This document shows positions 40,318-49,604 of a DNA stretch of 64,000 nucleotides, in pieces. The notes under the pieces were generated by a model, which saw only the letters and a program-made list of their open reading frames with translations, was not told the DNA's origin and searched no databases. The position numbers and the translations under genes are program-made. The stretch is from NCBI GenBank assembly GCA_902475535.1, contig CABRZR010000001.1:92677-156676 (forward strand), written 5' to 3'. This stretch comes from an uncultured Coriobacteriia bacterium. GTDB taxonomy: Bacteria > Actinomycetota > Coriobacteriia > Coriobacteriales > QAMH01. Within the stretch, counting starts at the first letter, position 1; every line of letters starts with the position of its first letter.

Positions 40318-42852
40318 ATGGACAACATGGAACTAATCATTACCGAGAAGAACATCGCGGCCCAACAGATCTCTCGCCTTCTTGCCCAAGGTGGCAAGCC
40401 CGAGACGGACAAGGTCTACAACACCCCCGTGTACCGCTTCAACCGCGATGGTCACGAATGCGTCGCCATCGGTCTCAAGGGCCACATCCTCGGCCTCGAC
40501 TTCCCGCAGGAGCTCATCTACAAGAAGAAGACCGGCTGGGTTGGCCTCGAAGAGGACGGCGAGGTCATCGATGCGCCGGACGTCCCCAAGGAGCTCCCCA
40601 CCCCACCGTGGAAGTCCAAGCGTCGTCCGTACATCCCCGAGGGCATCAACCTCAAGGGCTGGAAGATCCCGTCGCTGCCCTACCTCACCTACGCGCCTAT
40701 CGTGAAGCTTCCCGCCGAGAAGGACATCATTCGCTCGCTCAAGAACCTCGCCAAGAAGGCGGACGAGATCGTCATCGCCACCGACTTCGATCGCGAGGGC
40801 GAGCTCATCGGCCTCGACGCCATCTCGGTCGTGCGTGAGGTGAACGAGACCGCCCCCATCACGCGCTCTCGCTATTCGGCTTTCGTGAAGAAGGAGATCG
40901 AGGAGGCGTTCTCTCCCGCCAAGCTCACGACGCTCGATTACGATCTCGCGCATGCGGGCGAGACGCGCCAGTACATCGACCTCATCTGGGGTGCCGTGCT
41001 CACGCGCTACCTCACTTGCGTGAAGTACAGCGGCATCGGCAACACGCGCTCTGCCGGTCGCGTGCAGACCCCGACGCTTGCCCTCGTGGTCGAGCGCGAG
41101 AAGGAGCGCGACGCCTTCATCCCCGAGGACTATTGGGTCATCACCGGCAATGCCGCCCCCAAGGGCGATCACGACGAGGCCTTCACCGCGACGCATGCCA
41201 CTGCGCGCTTCAAGGATAAGGACGAGGCAGATGCCGTCATGGCCCGCATTGCGGGCGCAAACGAGGCGCCCGTCGGCACCATCGAGAAGAAGCGCCGCAA
41301 GTCCAATCCGCCGGCTCCGTTCAACACCACGTCGCTCATGGCGGCGGCAAGTTCCATCGGCATCAAGCCGGCGCGCACCATGCGCATCGCCGAGTCGCTC
41401 TACATGAACGGCTACACCTCGTATCCCCGCGTTGACAACACGGTCTACCCCGACAATCTCGACCTGCGCGAGGTCCTCGGCATTCTCGCCAAGGTTCCCG
41501 ATTTCCGCGAGGGCGCCGAGGAGCTGCTCGCCAAGAACAAGCTCACGGCAACGCGCGGCAAGCAGGAGACGACCGATCACCCGCCCATCTATCCCACGGG
41601 CGCGGCCGATCCCGACAAGCTTCGCCCCGAGGAGTGGAAGCTCTACAGCCTCATCTGCCGCCGTTTCATGGCGACGCTGTCCGAAGCTGCGGTCCTCGAG
41701 TCCACCAAGGTCACGCTCGATGTCGCGGGCGAGGCATTTACCGCCCGCGGTGACGTGCTCGTCGAGCCGGGCTATCGCAGCGTGTATCCGTACGGCCTCA
41801 AGAAGGACGAGCAGATGCCCTCGCTCACCGAGGGCCAGACGCTCGATTTCTGGGATGCCGATTGCGCCCACAAGCAGACCGAGCCGCCCGCGCGCTTCTC
41901 GTCGGGCAAGCTCGTCCAAGAGATGGAGGCCAAGGGTCTGGGCACCAAGGCCACGCGTCACGATATGATCGAGCGCCTCTACAGCCGCCACTACATCGTG
42001 AACGACCCCATCGAGCCCACCCAGCTCGGCATCGCCATCATCGATGCACTCGAGAAGTTCGCCGAGCCCATCACCACTCCCAACATGACCGCCGAGCTCG
42101 AAGGCGAGATGACGCAGGTTGCCGATGGCAAGCGCCAGCGCGACGAGGTCGTGCTGCATTCGCGCGAGCTGCTCGGCGGCATCATCGAGGCCCTCATTCC
42201 CGAGAAGGACGCTATCGCGGACATGATCAGCGACGCCGTCACGGCCGACAGTCGCGTTGGCGCGTGCCCCAAGTGCGGTGGCGACCTCTGCGTGAAGACG
42301 TCGGCCAAGACTCGCGCGAGCTTCGTGGGCTGCAACAACTGGCCCGATTGCGACGTGACCTATCCGCTGCCCCAGGGCCGCTACGAGGCACTTGAGGAGC
42401 CATGTCCCACCTGCGGAGGCCCGCAGATCAAGGTCACGCCCTTCAGGCAGAAGGCGTACAACCACTGCCTCGACCCCGAGTGCCCCACCAACAAGATGGA
42501 GGAGATCGTCGTCGGCACGTGCGAGGTCTGCAAGGAAGCAGGTCGCGAGGGCAAGCTCATCGCGCAGAAGAACCCGCGCACGCTCAAGCGCTTCATCCGC
42601 TGCGAGAACTTCGAGCAATGCGACGTGAGCTATCCGCTGCCCCAGCGCGGCGACATCACCGCGACGGGCGAGGTGTGCGACGAGTGCGGTGCCCCCGAGG
42701 TCATCGTCTCGACGGCTCGTGGCCCATGGCGCATCTGCGTGAACATGAACTGCCCCAAGCGCGAGAAGGAGAAGGCCGAAAGGGCCAAGAAGTCGAGCGG
42801 TGGGGCCAAGAAGAAGTCCACGGCAAAGAAAAAGACCGCGGCCAAGAAGTAG
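40318..42852 (+). CDS. topA: Type IA DNA topoisomerase (syntenic topA) with four C-terminal zinc ribbons and a Lys-rich tail
   Basis: The Toprim region is MELIITEKNIAAQQI...IATDFDREGE. The active-site region is ESLYMNGYTSYPRVDNT. The zinc ribbons are CPKCGG...C..WPDC, CPTCGG, CEVC...CENFEQC and CDECG. Confidence 0.88.
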   Translation: MDNMELIITEKNIAAQQISRLLAQGGKPETDKVYNTPVYRFNRDGHECVAIGLKGHILGLDFPQELIYKKKTGWVGLEEDGEVIDAPDVPKELPTPPWKSKRRPYIPEGINLKGWKIPSLPYLTYAPIVKLPAEKDIIRSLKNLAKKADEIVIATDFDREGELIGLDAISVVREVNETAPITRSRYSAFVKKEIEEAFSPAKLTTLDYDLAHAGETRQYIDLIWGAVLTRYLTCVKYSGIGNTRSAGRVQTPTLALVVEREKERDAFIPEDYWVITGNAAPKGDHDEAFTATHATARFKDKDEADAVMARIAGANEAPVGTIEKKRRKSNPPAPFNTTSLMAAASSIGIKPARTMRIAESLYMNGYTSYPRVDNTVYPDNLDLREVLGILAKVPDFREGAEELLAKNKLTATRGKQETTDHPPIYPTGAADPDKLRPEEWKLYSLICRRFMATLSEAAVLESTKVTLDVAGEAFTARGDVLVEPGYRSVYPYGLKKDEQMPSLTEGQTLDFWDADCAHKQTEPPARFSSGKLVQEMEAKGLGTKATRHDMIERLYSRHYIVNDPIEPTQLGIAIIDALEKFAEPITTPNMTAELEGEMTQVADGKRQRDEVVLHSRELLGGIIEALIPEKDAIADMISDAVTADSRVGACPKCGGDLCVKTSAKTRASFVGCNNWPDCDVTYPLPQGRYEALEEPCPTCGGPQIKVTPFRQKAYNHCLDPECPTNKMEEIVVGTCEVCKEAGREGKLIAQKNPRTLKRFIRCENFEQCDVSYPLPQRGDITATGEVCDECGAPEVIVSTARGPWRICVNMNCPKREKEKAERAKKSSGGAKKKSTAKKKTAAKK

Positions 42853-42870
42853 ACGAGGCACCATAGCTGC

Positions 42871-43599
42871 ATGAATAACAACGCAGATAGCACCGAGGGC
42901 ATCTTCCTCACGCTCGAAGGCGACGATGGCGTCGGCAAGTCGACCCAGGCCGACCTTCTCGCTAAATGGCTCGAGGAGCAGGGCCGCACGGTCCTGCGTG
43001 TGCATGAACCAGGCGGTACGCGTCTGGGCGAGAAGATCCGCGCGCTCCTCCTCGACAAGGACGATGACGCGATGGTGCCGCTTGCCGAGCTCCTGCTTTT
43101 CGAGGCGGCTCGCGCCCAGGTGATGAGCGAGGTCATCGAGCCGGCACTTGCCGCGGGCAGCATCGTCGTCTGCGATCGCTTCACCGATTCCACGCTCGCC
43201 TACCAGGGTTACGGCCGCGAGCTCGGCGCCGAGCTCGTCCGCGCGACGAACGACCTCGCCTGCGGCGGTCGCTATCCTACGCGCACGCTGCTGCTCTCGC
43301 TTGATCCCAGCATTGCGCGCGAGCGCGTCGAGGACCGGTCGAACGACGGCACGGGTGATCGCATGGAGTCCGCAGGCGACGAGTTTCGCACGCGCTTGCG
43401 CGCGGGCTTCGAGGAGATAGCTGCCGCCGAACCCGAGCGCGTGCACGTCATCGACGCCAACGGTAGTGTCGAGCAAGTGCACGAGCGCATATGCGCCGAC
43501 CTCGCCGAGTTGCTTGACCTGGACCTGCGAAACCAGACAAAACTGCCCCGGCGACATTTGTCTTGTTCGGCGGATTCTGGGGCGGAGGGGTGCTCATGA
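42871..43599 (+). CDS. tmk: dTMP (thymidylate) kinase with a repeat-encoded C-terminal extension
   Basis: IFLTLEGDDGVGKSTQADLLAKWLEEQGRTVLRVHEPGGT..., DRFTDSTLAYQGYGR. The last 25 or so aa (RNQTKLPRRHLSCSADSGAEGCS) read through a family-C repeat. Confidence 0.9.
   Translation: MNNNADSTEGIFLTLEGDDGVGKSTQADLLAKWLEEQGRTVLRVHEPGGTRLGEKIRALLLDKDDDAMVPLAELLLFEAARAQVMSEVIEPALAAGSIVVCDRFTDSTLAYQGYGRELGAELVRATNDLACGGRYPTRTLLLSLDPSIARERVEDRSNDGTGDRMESAGDEFRTRLRAGFEEIAAAEPERVHVIDANGSVEQVHERICADLAELLDLDLRNQTKLPRRHLSCSADSGAEGCS
43533..43565. repeat. Family-C palindrome (reverse orientation) inside the tmk 3-prime end
   Basis: CCAGACAAAACTGCCCCGGCGACATTTGTCTTG. Its reverse complement matches the copy at 1020-1052. 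Confidence 0.85.
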
Positions 43600-44591
43600 G
43601 CGAGCTCTTTGCCGGCATTGCCGGTCAGGATCAGGTCATATCGTATCTCCAGCGCGTGCACGACACGGGCAACGCCACGCATGCCTATCTCATCGCAGGC
43701 GGCGACGAAAGCCTGGGTGCCGATTTGGCGTTGCGTTTTGCGGCCGGTCTCATCGCGCAGGGCGACGCGCAGGCGCAAGACGAGGTTCTGCGCCGCGTCC
43801 ACCCCGACCTGCACGTCTACACGCCTGGTGGCACCGACGGCTACCTTGTCGAGCAGATCCGCGAGCTCACGCGCGATGCCGAGCTCGCCCCCATCCGCGC
43901 CGCGAGCAAGGTCTACATCGTCCAGGACGCTCATCGCCTGGCGGGGGCGCCGGCAAACGCGTTCCTCAAGACGCTCGAGGAGCCGCCGCGCGATGTCACC
44001 TGCATACTCGTTGCCAACAGCGAGTCCGCGGTGCTCGAAACCCTGCGTAGTCGCTGCGAGGTGCTCGTACTCAACGCCATCTCGGGGGTACGAGCCGGAA
44101 ACACCCAGGTCTTCGACATGCTCTACGCTCTTGCGCGCAACTGTGACAACCGTACGCTACTCGGCAACTCCAAGCGTTTCGTCGAGCTTGCACGCGAGCA
44201 AGCGGCAAAGATGAGCGACGATGACCTCGATGTCGAGGCGTATATCGAGAAGTACGACGATTACCTTTCGCAGGGCGCCAAGAAGCAGATCGAGCTTGCC
44301 GGCAAACGCGAAGCGACCGCGCACGAGCGTGCGGCCCTCTTCGACTTCTGCGCTTTCGTACGCGCCTGGTTACGCGATTGCCTCGTGACGCGCGAAGGGG
44401 GCTCGGAGTTGCTCGCGTACCCCGAATGTGCCGACCAGACCTCTCAGATCGCTCGTTCGGCGAGCATCCCCGGTCTTCTCACCGCGCTCGATGCCGCCAA
44501 GGGAGCCATCGCGCGCATTTCGTATAATGTGACACCACAACTTGCGATTGACGCAATGTTCTTAGAAATCAGGGAGGCGTTATGCCATTAG
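43596..44591 (+). CDS. holB: DNA polymerase III delta-prime subunit
   Basis: THAYLIAGG..., VYIVQDAHRLAGAPANAFLKTLEEPPRDVTCILVANSESAVLETLRSRCEVL. Its ATGA start overlaps the tmk stop. Confidence 0.85.
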   Translation: MSELFAGIAGQDQVISYLQRVHDTGNATHAYLIAGGDESLGADLALRFAAGLIAQGDAQAQDEVLRRVHPDLHVYTPGGTDGYLVEQIRELTRDAELAPIRAASKVYIVQDAHRLAGAPANAFLKTLEEPPRDVTCILVANSESAVLETLRSRCEVLVLNAISGVRAGNTQVFDMLYALARNCDNRTLLGNSKRFVELAREQAAKMSDDDLDVEAYIEKYDDYLSQGAKKQIELAGKREATAHERAALFDFCAFVRAWLRDCLVTREGGSELLAYPECADQTSQIARSASIPGLLTALDAAKGAIARISYNVTPQLAIDAMFLEIREALCH

Positions 44592-46051
44592 TAGCGTCCG
44601 TTCGACTTCGCTACGCGTCCCAGGACTATTGGTTCGACCCTGCTGGCCTTGACGTGAAGGCGGGAGACCACGTGCTGGTCGAGACAAGCAAGGGCACCGA
44701 AATTGGCCTGTGCACTCACGATGTCGTCGATGTCGAAGAGGTGGAGCTCGCCAAGCCGCTCAAGCCGGTCATCCGCATCGCAACCGAGGAAGACCTCGAA
44801 AAGGCCGATGAGATAGCCGCGCGCGACCAAGAAGCACTCGCCGTCTTTCATGACCTTGCCGATAAGAACCACCTCGACATGAGTCCCTCGGCCGTCGAGT
44901 TCTCGTTCGACAAGTCACATGCGACCTTCTACTTCACCTCGGACGATCGCGTGGACTTCCGCGGTCTCGTGCGCGATCTGGCTGCCGAGTTCCACACGCG
45001 CGTCGACATGCGCCAGATCGGGCCGCGTGACGAGGCCCGCATGCTCGGCGGTTTGGGCCATTGCGGCGAGGAGCTGTGCTGTGCACGTCTGGGCGGCGAG
45101 TTCCAGCCGGTGAGCATTCGCATGGCCAAGGAGCAGGACCTTCCTCTCAACCCCACGAAGATTTCGGGTCTGTGCGGCAGGCTCATGTGCTGCCTACGCT
45201 ACGAGTACGAGGCATACAAGGACTTCAAGAGCCGCGCCCCCAAGAAGAACGCCCTCATCGACACGCCGGCGGGCATGGGCAAGGTCGTCGAGTTCGATAC
45301 GCCACGCGAGACCGTGCGTCTGCGTATGGAGGACGGCTCGAGCCTCACGCTTCCCGTTTCGTCCCTTGACACGGGTGACAAGGTGCCGCGCGAGGGCGAG
45401 CGCATTCGTCCTTGCCATATCTCGCAGGAGAACTTCGACAAGATCATGGAGGAGCTCAGCAACGACAGCAACCTCGCGATGATGGGCGAGAAGCTCTTCT
45501 CCGATGACCCCAATCTGGCTGACACCACGGCCGAAGGCGGCTCGCTCGAGCGCGTTCACCGTCGTCGTCGCGGCTCGCCGGGCTCTTCCTCGCACGGTTC
45601 ATCGGGCGAATCAGGCCGCAAGCCACGCAAGCGCGGGTCTTCCTCGCCGGAGCCCAAGCCGCGCGATGAACGCAAGCGCCGCCGTTCCGTCTCCGCAACC
45701 GACGGCAGCGAGATCAAGCACGACGACTCCACGCGCAAGCAGGCGAGCAGCTCCAAGGACGAGCAATCCTCGAGCAACGCGAACCGTTCGCGCAATCGCC
45801 GTAGGCGCTCGAACGGCAAGCCACGCGAAAACGGCCAGAGTGCGCAGTCTAAGGATGGCGCGCAGGGCAAGAACCAGGGTTCCTCGCGTCCGCGCCCCGG
45901 TCAGCACTCATCGACCGTAAGCGGAAGCGCGGCACAGGGCGGCTCAGGCGGCTCGAATGGTTCGGGCAACAAGCGCCGCCGCAGACGCCGTGGCGGGTCG
46001 GGGCACGGTCAGGGTTCGGGCAAGCCAGGCGAGGGCAAGGCAAGCGAATAA
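44582..46051 (+). CDS. PSP1-domain protein (RicT/YaaT-like) with a long basic Ser/Arg/Gly-rich tail
   Basis: The PSP1 core is FYFTSDDRVDFRGLVRDLAAEFHTRVDMRQIGPRDEARMLGGLGHCGEELCCARL...CGRLMCCLRYEY. The last 190 or so aa are low complexity. Confidence 0.85.
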   Translation: MPLVASVRLRYASQDYWFDPAGLDVKAGDHVLVETSKGTEIGLCTHDVVDVEEVELAKPLKPVIRIATEEDLEKADEIAARDQEALAVFHDLADKNHLDMSPSAVEFSFDKSHATFYFTSDDRVDFRGLVRDLAAEFHTRVDMRQIGPRDEARMLGGLGHCGEELCCARLGGEFQPVSIRMAKEQDLPLNPTKISGLCGRLMCCLRYEYEAYKDFKSRAPKKNALIDTPAGMGKVVEFDTPRETVRLRMEDGSSLTLPVSSLDTGDKVPREGERIRPCHISQENFDKIMEELSNDSNLAMMGEKLFSDDPNLADTTAEGGSLERVHRRRRGSPGSSSHGSSGESGRKPRKRGSSSPEPKPRDERKRRRSVSATDGSEIKHDDSTRKQASSSKDEQSSSNANRSRNRRRRSNGKPRENGQSAQSKDGAQGKNQGSSRPRPGQHSSTVSGSAAQGGSGGSNGSGNKRRRRRRGGSGHGQGSGKPGEGKASE

Positions 46052-46068
46052 CACGCGCGAAGCGGGAG

Positions 46069-47535
46069 ATGCACATGGCACGCAACATGACGCTGTTGAC
46101 CGATCTCTACGAGATCACGATGGCTCAAGGATATTGGTCGCAGGGCAAGCTCGATACCGAGGCGTGCTTCTACTCGTTCTATCGCGATAATCCCTTTGGA
46201 GGCGGTTACGGCATCTTCTGCGGTGCCAACCAGATCGCCGAGCTCATCGACGGTTTCGGTTTCACCGATGATGACATCGAATATCTCGCGACGCTCACCA
46301 CCGCATCCTCGACGCCGCTCTTCAATTCGGCGTTTCTCGACTGGCTGCGCAATCTCGAGCTGTCTGTCGACATCTGCACCGTTCCCGAGGGCTCACCCGT
46401 CTTCCCGCGCGAACCGCTCGTGCGCGTGATGGGGCCGTTGCTGCAATGCCAGCTCCTGGAACCCGCCATTCTCAACGGCGTCAATTTCCAGACGCTCATT
46501 GCCACCAAGGCCGCTCGCATCTGTCGGGCAGCCGAGGGACGCCCCGTTTCCGAGTTTGGCTTGCGTCGTGCGCAGGGCCCTGACGGCGCCATGTCCTCGT
46601 CGCGCGCTGCCTATGTGGGCGGATGCGCGTCTGTTGCAAATGTGCTTGCGGGCAAGCTCTACGATATTCCCGTGAGCGGCACGCATGCGCATTCGTGGGT
46701 CATGTCGTTTCCCGACGAGCTCTCCGCTTTCAGGGCATACGCGGCTGAGATGCCCGATAACTGCACGCTTCTCGTGGATACCTATGATGTGGAGCAGGGC
46801 GTGCGCAACGCCATCATTGTCGCTCGCGAACTCGAGCGCGATGGGCACAAGCTCCAGGCCATTCGCATTGATTCGGGTGATTTGGCGTGGCTCTCAAAGA
46901 TGGCCCGCTCCATGCTCGATAAGGCCGGGCTCTTCGATGTGGGCATCGTGCTTTCAAATGACCTCGATGAGTACACGATCATGTCGCTCAACGACCAAAA
47001 GGCCCAGTACACGGCCTTGGGCGTGGGTACGCATCTGGCTGCCGCCTATGGGCAACCCGCTCTGGGAGGCGTCTACAAGCTTTCGGCCATACGCGAGCCG
47101 GGGCAGGAGGAGTGGACGCCGCGCCTCAAGATTTCCGAACAGCTCTACAAGCGCACCATTCCCGGCGTGCTTGACGTGCGTCGTTATTTCGATGCGGATG
47201 GCCACTTGGCCGGTGATCTTATCGTTGACGTGCACGACGAGCTGCCTGCAGAAGCCGTCATGGTAGATCCGCTCGATGCAACACGTCGCAAGAAGGTGGA
47301 GGGGCGCTTCGAGACGCTGCTCAAGCCGCTCGTCACCGATGGCAAGGTCGAGGATATCGACCTATCCGCACGTAGGGCGCAAAAGCGCTGCACCGAGCAG
47401 TTTGCGCTTCTGGACGATTCGATCAAGCGCTTCATGAATCCGCACGAGTATCCGTGTGGCATCGAACGCGGGCTTTTTGACCGTCGCAACGAGATGGTCA
47501 TTGCCACGGGGAAGAACAGTTCGCTCTATGATTAG
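46069..47535 (+). CDS. pncB: Nicotinate phosphoribosyltransferase
   Basis: LLTDLYEITMAQGYW..., FGLRRAQGPDGA, SGTHAHSWVMSF and RIDSGDL are present. Confidence 0.9.
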   Translation: MHMARNMTLLTDLYEITMAQGYWSQGKLDTEACFYSFYRDNPFGGGYGIFCGANQIAELIDGFGFTDDDIEYLATLTTASSTPLFNSAFLDWLRNLELSVDICTVPEGSPVFPREPLVRVMGPLLQCQLLEPAILNGVNFQTLIATKAARICRAAEGRPVSEFGLRRAQGPDGAMSSSRAAYVGGCASVANVLAGKLYDIPVSGTHAHSWVMSFPDELSAFRAYAAEMPDNCTLLVDTYDVEQGVRNAIIVARELERDGHKLQAIRIDSGDLAWLSKMARSMLDKAGLFDVGIVLSNDLDEYTIMSLNDQKAQYTALGVGTHLAAAYGQPALGGVYKLSAIREPGQEEWTPRLKISEQLYKRTIPGVLDVRRYFDADGHLAGDLIVDVHDELPAEAVMVDPLDATRRKKVEGRFETLLKPLVTDGKVEDIDLSARRAQKRCTEQFALLDDSIKRFMNPHEYPCGIERGLFDRRNEMVIATGKNSSLYD

Positions 47536-47592
47536 AGCTACAGATGCGATGCGGGGTAGTTCCCGCACGCGCAAGTAAGAAGGGGGCATCCG

Positions 47593-48534
47593 ATGCCAGA
47601 AGACAAGATTCAGTGCCGCTTAGTTCTCGATTCGTGCTGCGATCTTCCCGCCGAGATTATCGACAACGCCAAGGTCGATCTTCTCGAGTTCCCGTTCAAC
47701 ATGAACGATGGCGAGCACTTCGACGATATGTGGAAGAGCATGACCGCCAAGGAGTTCTACGACCGCATGCGCAAGGGCGAGGTCTCGGGAACGGCGCAGG
47801 TTCCCGTCTCCGAAATCACCGAGCGTTTCGAGGCCTATGCCAAGGATGGCATGCCGACGGTGTACCTTGGCTTTAGCTCTGCGCTTTCCGGCACCTTCGG
47901 GCTTGTCGAGCAGGTTGTCAGCGACATCAGGGAGCAATATCCCGATTTCGAGATATACGTGATCGACACCAAGCTCGCGTCGATTGCCGAAGGTTTGCTT
48001 GCCTACGAGGCGATCAACCAGCGCAATCGTGGCCTTTCGGCAAAGCAGCTCGCAGCATGGGCCGAGGAGGCGCGCTGGTTCGTGAACTGCCTGTTCACGG
48101 TCGACGAGCTCGAGTACCTGCGTCGAGGCGGTCGCATTCCGGCAGCGGCAGCCACCATTGGCGCCAAGCTCAACATCAAGCCGCTGCTCGACTTCGACCT
48201 CGATGGCGCCCTTTCCCTCACCGGCGTCGCCCGCGGCCGCAAGAAGTCGCTCAAATCGCTGGTCAAGTGCTATGACGAAAACCACGCCGATGACCATGGG
48301 TCCAACGGCGTCGTGCTCACGGCTTCGGCGGATGCGGAGGGTGACGTCAAGTGGGTCGAGGAACATCTCGATCGCCCCGAGGGCGCCATCCCCGCCATTC
48401 GCAGTCAGATCGGCCCCGTCATCGGTTCGCACGTCGGCCCGGGTATGGTCGCCGTCGTGTTCTGGGGCGACGATCGCCGCGAGAAGATTTCCATTGCCGA
48501 TCGCATTGCCAACAAGATAAACAGTGGGGAGTAA
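47593..48534 (+). CDS. DegV-family fatty-acid-binding protein
   Basis: LVLDSCCDLPAEIID..., GFSSALSGTF and GPVIGSHVGPGMVAVVF are DegV hallmarks. Confidence 0.88.
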   Translation: MPEDKIQCRLVLDSCCDLPAEIIDNAKVDLLEFPFNMNDGEHFDDMWKSMTAKEFYDRMRKGEVSGTAQVPVSEITERFEAYAKDGMPTVYLGFSSALSGTFGLVEQVVSDIREQYPDFEIYVIDTKLASIAEGLLAYEAINQRNRGLSAKQLAAWAEEARWFVNCLFTVDELEYLRRGGRIPAAAATIGAKLNIKPLLDFDLDGALSLTGVARGRKKSLKSLVKCYDENHADDHGSNGVVLTASADAEGDVKWVEEHLDRPEGAIPAIRSQIGPVIGSHVGPGMVAVVFWGDDRREKISIADRIANKINSGE

Positions 48535-48537
48535 TTG

Positions 48538-49590
48538 ATGATCAGTCCGCTTGACACGCGCATCGCGTTCTTTGGCGGGTCGGCGCAGCCCGCCGTCATC
48601 GAAGCGATTGCCAAGCTCAAGATGAGCGGGTTCGATGTCGTCGTCGCGAGTCACGACCCGCGCGAAGCCCCGGCCCTGCGCGAAGTGGGTGCGGTCTTCA
48701 TCGACGACCGTATGGAGGCCCTGCTCGGCAGCCAGGTCGTCATCACCTCGCTGCGCACCACGGCCGAGGTCGAGAACCTGTATCTCGGCGATGAGGGCCT
48801 GCTTGAACTCATGGATCCGGGCACGTTCTGCATCGACTTGAGCATATCAAGTCCGCGTCTTGCCCGCGAGATTCAGGCGGTCGCCGCCGTCTCGGACATC
48901 GAGGTGCTCGATGCTCCCATCGTCTGCGTGGGCGAGCACGAGCAGCCCATCGCCTTCGTGGGCGGTGATCCGCAAACGCAGGAAACGCTCTCGCCGATCT
49001 TCCCGTACCTGGCCCCCGTCATCATGCCGCAGGAGGCGGCAGGCGATGGGCAGTTCGCCGCCATGATCAGCATCATCGCGCTTGCCGGATCCCTCATGGG
49101 CGCCATCGAGGCGATTTCGCTCGCGCACATCGCGGGCTTTCCCGAGAAGAACGCGCTCAACGTGCTCGCGTCAACCTCGGGCGGCTCGCGTGCCCTTATC
49201 GACTACATTCCGCAGGTGCTCAGCCACGACTATACGGGCCTCATCAATATCGCGAACTTCCTCGACATGCTTGACGTCGCACTCGACACCGCCGAAGAGC
49301 TCGAGGTGACCATTCCCATGACCGAGACGGCCTATCAGCTCTACGAGCTGCTTCAGGCGGTTGGCGGCGAGGAGATGAACCTGCAGGCCCTTGCCCTGCT
49401 GTACGAGGATGAGCAGACCTGTGCCGATTATGGTCTGGATTGGGCGCTAGCCGAGGGATTTAACGAGCGTTGCGAGCGTTTTGACGACCTTTTCGGTGGC
49501 TCGGGCCTTCTCGATGACGATATGCCAGGCCCCTCCGGCCGCTCGCATGGCGATCCGCCGCCCATCGACGGCTTCTTCTCGAAGAACTAG
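48538..49590 (+). CDS. HIBADH/6PGDH-fold (NAD_binding_2-like) protein, probably non-catalytic
   Basis: The fold pattern is IAFFGGSAQPAV...DAPIV...GDGQFAAMISIIALAGSLMGAIEAISLA. The glycine motif and the catalytic Lys/Asn-Asn appear substituted. It starts 3 nt after the degV stop. Confidence 0.6.
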   Translation: MISPLDTRIAFFGGSAQPAVIEAIAKLKMSGFDVVVASHDPREAPALREVGAVFIDDRMEALLGSQVVITSLRTTAEVENLYLGDEGLLELMDPGTFCIDLSISSPRLAREIQAVAAVSDIEVLDAPIVCVGEHEQPIAFVGGDPQTQETLSPIFPYLAPVIMPQEAAGDGQFAAMISIIALAGSLMGAIEAISLAHIAGFPEKNALNVLASTSGGSRALIDYIPQVLSHDYTGLINIANFLDMLDVALDTAEELEVTIPMTETAYQLYELLQAVGGEEMNLQALALLYEDEQTCADYGLDWALAEGFNERCERFDDLFGGSGLLDDDMPGPSGRSHGDPPPIDGFFSKN

Positions 49591-49604
49591 ACGGGCGACC
49601 TTCC

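Noticed and set aside
40333-43557. A 1074-aa ORF on the minus strand spanning topA and tmk.
   Set aside because: It is antisense to two genes with unmistakable homology. Its translation is Arg/Ala/Gly/Leu/Asp-rich with no recognisable motif, which is typical of open antisense frames in high-GC DNA.
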